From positions 19,220,001 through 19,284,000 of the forward strand of contig OX597838.1 in assembly GCA_951406725.2 (NCBI GenBank): a stretch of 64,000 nucleotides of DNA. The letters are read 5' to 3'. The translations under genes and the position numbers were made by a program. Source of the DNA: Octopus vulgaris (taxonomy: Eukaryota). Shown one piece after another: positions 51,165 through 62,458 of the stretch (positions are counted from its first letter, which is position 1; the number at the start of each line of letters is the position of its first letter). The notes beneath the pieces were generated by a model. That model was not told the origin of the DNA. It ran no database searches and was given only the letters and a program-made list of their open reading frames with translations.

Positions 51165-51934
51165 GTAAGTATTAAGGTTATCTTATTTCTGCTATTGTTT
51201 TAGTACATCTTATCACAACTCTGAACAGTTGTGATCAAAGACATTCCTAACATGACTATACTATCTTTTATTTAAGCATAGTGTAACCTTGGACACACCT
51301 GTAATAACAGATCTGTGGTAAAGAAGATGTTCGTTAATGCGGGGTACCTATTTGAATTAGTGCCTGTCAGAAGGCTTGTGACAATTAGATATTTCTTTGC
51401 TTAAAAAGCACAATAAAATACCAGGAGACAATGTTCCCTCATGGTTAACAAACCTGAGAATTTATTCTGGTGCAATCAAGATATTACCGGAGCTTTCCAG
51501 GTAAGCCTTCCCGATAATCGGGAAGGAATCAAGTGTTTATTCATTAATAATTGTTCAATCTGTGTATCGTAGATATCAGCCTTCCCGTCAATCGGGAGCA
51601 GTAAACAAATGTTTATTCCTTAGTATTTTCCCATGAGTTGGGAAAAAAAAATCAGTGCATTAAGGTAGAAGTCCTTCCGTCGATGAGTGCTAATTTCTGA
51701 TCAAAGTCCTGCCAGGCCGAAGCTCATCTAACCTGCTTACCGTGTCCAGTCTACTCGACTACTGGCCTTTCTTTTTAAAACTCGCGCTTCACTGCCCGGG
51801 CTGCATGTATCCTAACCCTAACTCTAACACACACATCGCCTGGTCTGAGATTCGAACCCGCGATCCCTCAAACGTGAGCCCACTGCTCTAACCACTAGGC
51901 CATGTGTCTCCACACACACACACACATAATCTCC

Positions 51935-51968
<34 letters not shown>

Positions 51969-52004
51969 ATATAATAATCTCCATAATATTTTCATGTTTA
52001 TCAG

Positions 52005-52142
52005 GAACAAGAGGCAAGGACTGAAATTTTACGAGCAAAAGTACGACAAAAGGGTATTGAAGAAAATCCAGAGAACACAGTTTCTGAAGCTGTACCAGGA
52101 CAGAGACACATCAACTTTTTCTCTGCCATACAAAACGAAGAG
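52005..52142 (+). CDS. LENG1: LENG1 exon 3
   Basis: tcag|EQEARTEILRAK...HINFFSAIQNEE|gtatgt; phase 0/0. Confidence 0.92.
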
Positions 52143-52164
52143 GTATGTTTACAAAAATGTTTTT

Positions 52165-52316
52165 CTCGGAGTGGTTGGCATTAGGAAGGGCATTCAGCTG
52201 TAGAAACTCTGCCAGATCAAGATTGGAGCCTGGTGCAGCCATCTGGGTCGCCAGTCCTCAGTCAAATCGTCCAACCCATGCTAGCAAGGAAAGCAGACAT
52301 TAAACAATGATGATGA

Positions 52317-52355
<39 letters not shown>

Positions 52356-52530
52356 TATATATATATTTATAGTTCACTCTATAAGGTGGTTGGTTTTAGG
52401 AAGGGCATCCAGCTGTAGAAACTCTGCCAGATCAGACTGGAGCCTGGTGCAGCCATCTGGGTCGCCAGTCCTCAGTCAAATCGTCCAACCCATGCTAGCA
52501 AGGAAAGCAGACATTAAACAATGATGATGA

Positions 52531-52589
<59 letters not shown>

Positions 52590-52935
52590 GTTCACTCTAT
52601 AAGGTGGTTGGTTTTAGGAAGGGCATCCAACTGTAGAAACTCTGCCAGATCAGATTGGAGCCTGGTGCAGCCATCTGGTTAGCCAGTCCTCAGTCAAATC
52701 GTCCAACCCATGCTAGCATGGAAAGCAGCCGTTAAACGATGATGATATATAGATATATATATATATTTATAGTTCACTCTATAAGGTGGCTGGTTTTAGG
52801 AAGGGCATCCAGCTGTAAAGACCCTGTCAAAACAGAAAGTGAAGCCTGGTGCAGTCTTCTGCTTAGGCAGTCCCTGCCAAACCATCCAACCCATGCCAGC
52901 ATGGAAACCGGACTTTAAATGATGATGATGATGAC
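52165..52935 (+). repeat. Tandem array of four SINE-D 3' units separated by (AT)n
   Basis: Unit GGTTTTAGGAAGGGCATCC..(GAT)n(AT)nTTATAGTTCACTCTATAAGG. Confidence 0.85.
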
Positions 52936-53068
52936 CTTATTGTTCTGGGTTCAAATCTTATCAGGATCATTGTGATTGTGGTGTATGTGTGTGATAGTTT
53001 ATTTATTTTGGTTTGCTGCTGGAATTTTGGTCCATCACTTAACGTTGATTGATTGTTGTTTGTTGCAG

Positions 53069-53186
53069 GAATCCAGTAATAGGAAGAACAAAGAACATGA
53101 AGCCGAGGAGAAGAGCAAGAAAGAGGAATGGGAGAAGAAAATCGGTTTGCTCACCTACCTTGGTCAAAGTGCTGTGGAGTCTCAGA
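53069..53186 (+). CDS. LENG1: LENG1 exon 4
   Basis: gcag|ESSNRKNKEHEAEEKSKKEEWEKKIGLLTYLGQSAVESQ|gtaaga; conserved GLLTYLGQS motif. Confidence 0.93.
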
Positions 53187-53848
53187 GTAAGACACTTTCG
53201 ACTCTCCCCTAACTTGTGGGTCCTGGTTAGAGGGTGGAATGCTCTGTTCTATGCCAAACGTTCATTATACATCTTGCTGTTCACCTCCTTCTTCTTTAAA
53301 CCCTTCGTACCCCTCCAACTCTCCATCACCCTATTTTTGTCTTCTGTCTTTCACTTGTTTCAGTCATTAGACCGTGGCCATGCTGGGGCATGGCCTTGAA
53401 GAATTTTTAGTCGAATGAATCGTGGCCATTGCCAGCCTCGTCTGGTCTCCGTGCCGGTGGCGCGTAAAAAGCACCATCTGATCGTGGCCGTTTGCCAGCC
53501 TCGCCTGGGCCCACGTGCCACCGTCCGACTGCGGCCGTTTGCCAGCCTCGTCTGGCACATAAAAAGCACCCACTACACTCACGGAGTGGTTGGTGTTAGG
53601 AAGGGCATCCAGCCGTAGAAACACTGCCAGATCAGACTGGGCCTGGTGCAGCCTTCTGGCTTCCCAGACCCCAGTTGAACCGTCCAACCCAGCATGGAAA
53701 GCGGACGTCAAACAATGATGATGATGAATTCTTTAGAATACCTCCACTCTTTAGAACTAGCAAACATTTATTTACAATCATTTCTGTTTTACCAATGAAT
53801 TGGTTCATTAAGCCCCTCATTCATTAATTCTTGTATCTCCTTCTGCAG

Positions 53849-53900
53849 CCGTACCACCTTGGTATCTTGACAAGAAACTTAAGAAGCAGGAAGCAATATG
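53849..53900 (+). CDS. LENG1: LENG1 exon 5
   Basis: ctgcag|(T)VPPWYLDKKLKKQEAI|gtaagt; conserved PPWY; phases consistent. Confidence 0.9.
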
Positions 53901-54805
53901 GTAAGTCAGATGTTTTGTAATATTGCACTCTAATATAGCGTTAACCAATTGCAAACCACTTCCTGTCCTCTTCATTGCCTAGTACTTATTCTAGTACAGA
54001 ACCACCAAGTTACAGGGGTGTAAATGCATGAGCATCAGTTGTCAAGTGATGTGGGGAGGGGACAAACACAGACAAACATATACTCACACACACACACACA
54101 AGACTTCTTTCATTTTTTGTCTACCAAATCCACTCACAAAGCTTTGGTTAGCTCGAGGCCAGTGACACGTAAAAGGCACCCTTTCTAGTGACACATTAAA
54201 GGGCACCTGTGCTGGTGACACGTTAAAGGCAAAGGTATACTGTGTGGGGTGGTTGACATTGGGAAGGGCATCCAGCCATAGAAACCAAGCCAAATCAGAC
54301 TGGAGCCTGGTGCAGCTCTCCAGCCTACCAATTCCACTCAAGCCATCTAACCCATGCCAGCATGGAAAACAGACACTAAATGACGATGATGACATCATTG
54401 AAATCTAGAAGCTACAAGATAATGGGTGATTAATTTAACACAATGTAGGCACAGGCATGGCTGTGTGGTTAGGGAGCTTGCTTCCTAGCTACATGGTTTC
54501 GGGTTCAGTCCCACTGCGTGGCACTTTGGGTAGGTGTCTTCCACTATAGCCCCGAGCCGACCGGAGCTTTGTGATTGAATTCGGTAGGTGGAAGTTACTG
54601 CCGTGTGTGTATGTGTGCGTATAGCTGCTCAGTGCCTCTCCGAAAGAGAGAGAGAGGGAATGTGAAATAATAGGTAATACATTTGACAAAGAAATCTGTG
54701 TGCTAAGGGATTAACATTTTAAACGCTCTGGCAGTTCCTTCTGCAGTGATGTTTAGAATCTTAAAATTTTCAGTCAATTGAATATTTGGTTTGTTTTGTT
54801 TTCAG

Positions 54806-54896
54806 TTCAGACAAAAAACAGAAGCTTAGTGATTTAGCTGACCCATTGCACGAAATGGAGAAATACTTGAAACACAAACATCACAAGAAACACAAG
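54806..54896 (+). CDS. LENG1: LENG1 exon 6
   Basis: ttcag|(C)SDKKQKLSDLADPLHEMEKYLKHKHHKKHK|gtgagt; conserved DPLxxM motif. Confidence 0.9.
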
Positions 54897-54917
54897 GTGA
54901 GTGCATTTATATATTGT

Positions 54918-55524
54918 GGGAAGCACTCTGTCGGTTACGACGACGAGGATTCCAGTTGATCCGATCAACGGAACAGCCTGCTCGCATTTCGCCCGGCGTG
55001 CTAACGTTTTTGCCAGCTCGTGTGTGTACATGCTTGCTGCATACATACATAGTTTGTTCATAGCAGTCATGGGGAAATGACAGTGGGCTGACCTATGCAA
55101 ATTATCTAGGCCATCAATGTGTTCTATTTTTTCTATAAGGAAGCACTCCGTCGGTTACGACGACGAGGGTTCCAGTTGATCCAAATCAACGGAACAGCCT
55201 GCTCGTGAAATTAACGTGTGAGTGGCTGAGCACTCCACAGACACGTGTACCCTTAACGTAGTTCTCGGGGGATATTCAGCGTGACACAGAGAGTGACAAG
55301 GCCGGCCCTTTGAAATACAGGTACAACAGAAACAGGAAGTAAGAGTGAGAGAAAGTTGTGGTGAAAGAGTACAGCAGGGATCACCACCATCCCCTGCCGG
55401 AGCCTCGTGGACCTTTTAGGTGTTTTCGCTCAATAAACACTCACAACGCCCGGTCTGGGAATCGAAACCGCGATCCTACGACCGCGAGTCCGCTGCCCTA
55501 ACCACTGGGCCATTGCGCCTCCAC
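54918..55524 (-). mobile_element. Chimeric SINE C carrying the transduced 3' flank of the 31.8-kb copy plus a second tail
   Basis: 12-bp TSD TTTATATATTGT (54906-54917/55525-55536); 54984-55140 matches 31629-31785. Confidence 0.85.
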
Positions 55525-55886
55525 TTTATATATTGTACTAGCACTACGACCCGGCGTTGCCAGGTCTAGTGCTAGTGCTTGTTGTTCATTGCCGGGTCGC
55601 AGTAAAAATTTCACACTAAATGAAGAGCTAAGTTTCTTATCACATTTCTGCCCGGTCTACTTACCACACAGCCATTGTGGAACTTCTTTTGACACTTAAG
55701 TTCTGAGTTCAAATACCACTGGGGTTGATTTTGCCACTTATCCTTTTGGGATTGTACCAGTTCAATACTGGGGTTTATATAATCGGTTAGAGTCCCTTCT
55801 CCAGATTTCAGGTCTTGTGTATATAGTAGAGAGAATTATTATTAATTCAACTCAGAAATTTAAATAAGAGAATTCCTTTATTTATT

Positions 55887-56291
55887 TACTCTTTTACTTG
55901 TTTCAGTCATTTGACTGCAGCCATGCTGGAGCACTGCCTTTAGTCGAGCAAATCGACCCCAGGGCTTATTCTTTTGTAAGCCCAGTACTTATTCTATCGG
56001 TCTCTTTTGCCGAACCGCTGAGTGATGGGGACGTAAACACACCAGCATCGGTTGTCAACCAATGCTAGGGGGACAAACACAGACACACAAACACATATAT
56101 ATATATATATATATACATACATATATACGACAGGCTTCTTTCAGTTTCCGTCTACCAAATCCACTCACAAGGCATTGGTCGGCCTGGGGCTATAGCAGAA
56201 GACACTTGCCCAAGGTGCCACGCAGTGGGACTGAACCCGGAACCATGTGGTTGGTTAGCAAGCTACTTACCACACAGCCACTCCTGCGCCT
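55887..56291 (-). mobile_element. SINE family A copy
   Basis: Full length. Confidence 0.85.
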
Positions 56292-56356
56292 ATATTTATT
56301 TATTTTTTGCTAAAATAAAGGATCGAATGTTTCACACTTTTGTTTATATTTTGCAG

Positions 56357-56623
56357 CACGACAAGAAGAAAAACAAGAAAAGCAAGACGAAATCATCATC
56401 ATCATCGTTGTCGTCCTCGAAATCTTCTTTAGAACAGCTCCGAGCTGAACGTCTACGAAGGGAGAACAAAGAGAAGGAGAAAGCCAAAATGCTGTTTGCT
56501 AAGATGAACAAGGGATCAGTCCCCGAAAAGAGCAGTGAGACTATCGTTGACCCCGACAGAGACAGACGATACAGTAGCCAATATAACCCTTCTTTTGCAC
56601 GGCAGAATAAACCCAGGAACTAA
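56357..56623 (+). CDS. LENG1: LENG1 exon 7 (last coding exon)
   Basis: ttgcag|HDKKK...SLEQLRAERLRRE...RRYSSQYNPSFARQ..*; joined CDS 789 nt = 262 aa. Confidence 0.94.
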   Translation, partial: HDKKKNKKSKTKSSSSSLSSSKSSLEQLRAERLRRENKEKEKAKMLFAKMNKGSVPEKSSETIVDPDRDRRYSSQYNPSFARQNKPRN

Positions 56624-56663
56624 CGGCAGTGGTGGTGGTCGTTTAACCAACCAGATCAGCCCG

Positions 56664-57085
56664 GATTCCAGTGATGACCATCCCTTTGTATTTTTTCAGG
56701 GATGGTGTACCTTGGACTCTATTATCCAAAGGGTGCTCCTTGTGTTTTGATTCCATTGACGACCATCCCTTCGTATTTTTTCAAGGATGTTGTGCCTTGG
56801 ACTCTATTATCCAAAGGGTACTCTTTGTTTTTTGATTCCAGTGATGACCATCCCTTTGTATTTTTTCAGGGATGGGGTGTACCTTGGACTCTATTATCCA
56901 AAGAGTGCTCTTTGTGTTTTGATTCCATTGACGACCATCCCTTCGTATTTTTTCAAGGATGTTGTGCCTTGGACTCTATTATCCAAAGGGTTCTCTTTGT
57001 TTTTTGATTCCAGTGATGACCATCCCTTCATATTTTTTCAGGGACGGTTTACCTTGGACTCTATTATCCAAAGGGTTCTCTTTTT
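56664..57085 (+). repeat. Five ~85-bp tandem units with ABABA higher-order pattern in the LENG1 3'UTR
   Basis: GATTCCA..GACCATCCCTT..CCTTGGACTCTATTATCCAAAG repeated. Confidence 0.9.
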
Positions 57086-58187
57086 TTAAAACACGAGTGT
57101 GTGCTACGAGGAACATTTGACTGCTATTTCTAGCAGGTCAAACACCCACGTCTATACTGTTTTATGGAATTCAAATCAAAAAGTTGGTCATGTAACCCTG
57201 ATGACCAAAGCTTTGTGAGCAGATTAATATTGTCTACCAAATCCACTCACAAGGCTATAGTAAAAGATACTTGCCCAAAGTGCCATGCAGTGAGACTGAA
57301 CCCGTAACCATGTGGTTGTGAAGCAAACTTCTTACCACACAGCCATGCCTGCACCTAATATTTAAAAAAAAAAAAGAATTTTATTAACAGTGAATGGCTA
57401 AGAGGGTCCATCCCAATCAAGTTGGAGCCAAAGGGGTCTACAAATTGTATGTGGTAGATCAACTTGCTAAAAATAGCAACCAAATCACACCTTACTGTTT
57501 TGACGAAAGAGAAGGATAGAATGAATACGGTTCCAGCTAAGAAACCACTGACCATAGGTCCACTTCATCAGGGCTACATGACCAACTTTTTGATTTGAAT
57601 TCCATAAAACAGTATAGACGTGGGTGTTTGACCTGCTAGGGTCACTGGAGTGGCGAAGAGATAATATATTTAATTTTTGTCTTTGGTTTGCAAGATTCTT
57701 GATGTGGACTTGTGTGTTGAAACAGGTTTTGTTGTATTGTGGGTGGGTCATTATGCTAATAATAAACACATGTGCTTTTTCAATTTCACTTCTTTATTAT
57801 TTGTCAATTGGCTAATTTTTTAACTAACTAATCAATTGTTTAATTATTTGGTTAATCAATCATCTATGATTGTCAAAGACCTTTCATCACCATTCATGAT
57901 TTCATCAACATGCCCTCTGGTAGGAAGCCATTTTCTTAATAGTTGAAAGAATAAAAAAAGTTATGTTAGTAGATACATGACTACTAAACTGAGTATTGTA
58001 CTATATGGTTTGTCTGTTAGAGCATAGAGGACAAGTCAATGAAGAGGCTGCAAATGGCAACAAAAAGGATGTAGACAAACAATCGATTAGATAAGTGGCT
58101 AAATAACTAACCAATTGACAAAATGAAAAGGAACCAGTGAGTGTGTTGTTATTGGTGTAATGAACCTCCCAAGACAACAAGGTAACA

Positions 58188-58476
58188 CATTATTTACATT
58201 TGAAGGATAATTGTCCTCATCTTCTTTGTTGCTAACACAATATTTCGGTCGATAAACCCTCCAGCCCTCATAAGGTGTCTTGGGGAAATTTCAAACCTGG
58301 GTTCTCATTCCTAAGGTATTTTTCAATGTTGTTATTATTATTCAGGTCATTGCCTAGAATCGAACTTGGAATCTTGGGGTTAGTAGCGCATACTCTTAAC
58401 CACCATGCCATATGCCCGTGGGCATAGTGGGTGTAGTGGTTAAGAGCGTGGGCTAGAGTTCAATTCCAGGCAGTGA

Positions 58477-58511
<35 letters not shown>

Positions 58512-58672
58512 TTGAAAAATACCTTAGGAATGAGAACCCAGGTTCGAAATTTCCCCCAAGACACCTGATGAAGGCTGGAGGGTTATATCAGCCAAAATGT
58601 GTTAACAACAAACAAGATGAGGACAAATATCTGGCAAATGTAAATAATTCCTCATTTCTTAATTATAGAACT
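58188..58672. mobile_element. Head-to-head pair of tRNA-headed SINEs carrying a hammerhead-like motif
   Basis: Symmetry centre TATGCCCGTGGGCATA (~58418); A/B boxes, (AAT)n, then CTGATGA-AGGCTG..CAGCC-(G)AAA. Confidence 0.7.
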
Positions 58673-59790
58673 GAACAAAATAATATATTACCAGTAATAT
58701 TCTCCAAGACATGGCAAAAATGTTACAGCTATGATACCATCTGGAAGTGTAGTTATCTTTCATAAAGTTGGTAAAAGAAATAAATTCAAAAGGATAAAAT
58801 TTATAAAATATTTGTTTATTAATTTTTGGTAAAATTTCATTGTTGTAACACTTAGGATCAGAACAGTTCTAGAGACTTTCTTTTGACTGAAAATATCAGA
58901 AAGATCCACATAGTTTCTTTAAGAGGAGTGAGACTGTGTGTTTTAAGAACTTTTGTACCTTGCCAAAATTTAGATTTAATTATATTCAGTCAAATGCCTT
59001 TATGAATAATAACCTTGTCAGTTCTGAAACAATCCAAATAATACTGTGTGACAAAATTTTAATTTTATTTCTGTCTTTTGGCAGTAAGTGTCGTTTCTTA
59101 TTTGCTTCTATCTAGAAATCAAAGGAAATGGTTACTATTCCCTTCAAACTTTACTTTTGTCATCTGGACATCGATGTTTTGAAGCTGACATATTTTCCAT
59201 TACATATCAGGCAGATTCAGTGCCGAGTTGCTGAAGTAGAAATATCGTTATAGCAAATATTCTGCTCAATACCACAGATTTGCTTGTCAGTAGTTTGACC
59301 GTAACCACCTGAGCATGTCCCTTAGTGGTTGACAATATGTGCATCGCTGATGATGAGCAGGTATAGAAGGGGAGTATCATAGCCATGCATTGAGAGGAGG
59401 GATTCTTTGGAGTTTGAATAAATATTGTAACAAAAGCAAAGTTTGAAGGAAATAATTAGCCATTTTTCATATTTTCTAGCAGTAAGCAAAATAGGAAATA
59501 ACGGTTGCTGCCCAAAGACAAAAACTGTGTTACACAGTGTAATTAAATGGCAGAATCTATGCTTCACTGCAACTCAAATATTTATGAAAAATTCTACTTG
59601 ACCAAACATGGATAGGTGGCTCGTTAACACTGACATTTTTATTATGCAACCCAAGGGTTGTGTAATGAAATGGGTTTGATAGAATTATTATTCATAAGTG
59701 CTCTCTCACATATGGCTTTTTTTTCACTGTTCTGAGATTCAAGAGAGGACCAGACAAGCTTTGAATAACTAACTAATGACAAAAATCTGT

Positions 59791-59845
<55 letters not shown>

Positions 59846-60169
59846 TAAAATTAAAATGAGGGTGGAAAATTGGATATTAATTTGAAAACATCAATTTAAC
59901 ACCAGTGGTCTAGCATATTAAAAAACTGAGGTTCAGTAAATAGTATTACATACATATAAGAGGGAATTACCACTATGTGGAAACCCTTATGCTAGAAATA
60001 AATCCGCTATGGTCTTACCACTAAGTTTTTGGTGTTTGCTAAATTTTCTAGAGAACAATTCTTAGTGGTAAGACCATAGCGGATCTATTTCTAGCATTAG
60101 GGTTTCCACATAGTGGTAATTCCCTCTTATATGTATGTAATATATATATCAAAATAAGCAACAAGAATA

Positions 60170-60268
60170 ACTCTGGTAATTTGGTACGATCGTTTCGCAC
60201 TACATCATTTTATTAAATGTTGTAAGTATTACAACAGTTTTAAAATACTGAGCACTCATCAGCCATTA
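60170..60268 (-). ncRNA. Type I hammerhead ribozyme motif (Penelope-type, palindromic helix III)
   Basis: TAATGG-CTGATGA-GTGCT..AGTGC-GAAA-CGATCG-TA-CCAAATTA on the minus strand. Confidence 0.6.
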
Positions 60269-60420
60269 ATAGCAGTTCTCCATTAATACATAATTTTCAT
60301 ATCAAGTGGTAACATTATAGAGAAGGTAGATATATAGACAAAGATGTGGATTTAAATTTTAAGAACATTTGAGGTAGTGGAGCTTATCAACTGACTGACT
60401 AATATATGAAAATTATGTAT

Positions 60421-60511
60421 TAATGGCTGATGAGTGCTCAGCAGTTTAAAACTGTTGTAATACTTACAACATTTAATAAAATGATGTAGTGCGAAACGAT
60501 CGTACCAAATT
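60421..60511 (+). ncRNA. Type I hammerhead ribozyme motif (inverted twin)
   Basis: TAATGG-CTGATGA-GTGCT..AGTGC-GAAA-CGATCG-TA-CCAAATTA; catalytic core intact. Confidence 0.6.
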
Positions 60512-60974
60512 ACTGGAGTTATTCTTGTTGCTTATTTTGATTATAATCACCCCATGGATTTATATGGATAACACCATACAGAATTCTGGTGCATGTAACT
60601 TAAGTACCATATTCATTTGAATCTAAATTTTGCTATATATATATATTATATATATATACATACATTTATATATATTTATGTTATGCATACATACACATAT
60701 GTATACACACACACACACATTTAAGATAAATATGCACAATCCCATTAAAACACGGGCACAAAGGTTTGCCAACAATGTGTGGTTGCTGGATGTTTGCAAA
60801 GAAAAAGGGAAACAAACCTTATGATTAAACTATTCATGTGAACAGTGGAAACAGGTGAGGGTTGGCGATAGGGAGGGCAATCTGGCCATAAAAATATCTG
60901 ACCCCTATAAGCATGGAAAACTAGACGCAATATAAAGATGATGTGAGAAGAGAGGGGGTATCAACAGTAATATA

Positions 60975-61369
60975 TATTTCTTTACTGCCCACAAGGGGAC
61001 AAACAAGGACAGACAAGGGGATTAAGTCGATAAGTCGATTGCATCGACCCCAGTGCGAAACTGGTACTTAATTTATCGATCCCGAAAGGATGAAAGGCAA
61101 AGTTGACCTCAGTGGAATTTGAACTCAGAATGTAACGAGAGACGAAATACCTATTTCTTTACTACCCACAAGGGGCTAAACATAGAGGGGACAAACAAGG
61201 GGATTAAGTCGATTATATCGACCCCAGTGCGTAACTGGTACTTAATTTATCGACTCCGAAAGGATGAAAGGCAAAGTCGACCTCGGCGGAATTTGAACTC
61301 AGAACGTAACGACAGTGGAAATACTGCTAAGCATTTCGCCCAGCGCGCTAACGTTTCTGCCAGCTCGCC
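60975..61369 (-). mobile_element. Tandem SINE B copies
   Basis: Two B units. Confidence 0.8.
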
Positions 61370-62063
61370 GGTTTGTAACAGTCTGGGAACATGTTTGAAG
61401 TGAGAAAGGAACAGATTGACACTAAACATACAAAGATTTATAACAGTCTGGTGGGGGGTGGGGGGGCATGTTTTATATACTTTGATGACGGAATTCTGGC
61501 TTAAGCACTCCATATAACCCCTCAGAACTTTTATATTTTTGGGAATTTTCAGAAAATTCTTACGATTTTGTGAGAATTCATATGCAAAAAAAAAAAAAAA
61601 AAATTGTGTGATTTAAGGGTGACATAGCTGTTATTTTTAGCACATCTCACGACCACCTGATACCTTCCTTGTTTCTTTGTCACTCTGACATGTATTGATA
61701 TTTTTCAATATTTTTCTCACATCATTTAATGGAATGATGATAAACCCAATGATCATAGCCAAATACTCGGTTGTGAGCTGTATCTAACCAGGTAAACCTT
61801 ACTCTTGCCAGGTCACTAAAAAGATCCAAGCATAGATAGTGGCCATTTCCCGGAAACGTACAAGTTACTTGCCAAATATGACATAGTTACACCAATCAAC
61901 ATCACCACGAAGTTCCACAGATAGGACATATGTCCCATCTCTCTTTGCAGAGCCAGAGTGAGTTTGTCAACCTGCTTAGTGAGCATATTAGAGGAGCCCT
62001 CTTACAAAAAGATTGCAGAGATCTAGTATTTTGCTCATGTTTGATAGCAAAATGAAACATTAT

Positions 62064-62458
62064 AGGCATAGGAGTGGCTGTGTGGTAAGTGGCTTGCTAA
62101 CGAACCACATGATTCCGGGTTCAGTCCCACTGCGTGGCACCTTGGGCAAGTGTCTTCTACTATAGCCTCGGGCCGACTAAAGCCTTGTGAGTGGATTTGA
62201 TAGATGGAAACTGAAAGAAGCCCGTCGTATATATGTATGTGTGTGTATATGTTTGTGTGTCTGTGTTCACCCACCCCCATATCGCTTGACAACCGATGCT
62301 GGTGTGTTTATGTCCCCGTAACTTAGCGGTTCGGCAAAAGAGACCGATAGAATAAGTACTAGGCTTACAAAGAATAAAGTCCTGGGGTCGATTTGCTCGA
62401 CTAAAGGCGGTGCTCCAGCATGGCCTCAGTCAAATGACTGAAACAAGTAAAAGAGTAT
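62064..62458 (+). mobile_element. SINE family A copy
   Basis: Full length. Confidence 0.85.

Noticed and set aside
54806-54811. Tandem acceptor TTCAG|TTCAG| at LENG1 exon 6
   Set aside because: The second AG is 5 nt downstream and would frameshift; no evidence of use
55450-55524. tRNA-like sequences with A/B boxes (also ~5230, ~32100, ~49230, ~51850, ~58360)
   Set aside because: SINE heads continuing into SINE bodies, without a proper acceptor stem; not called as tRNA genes
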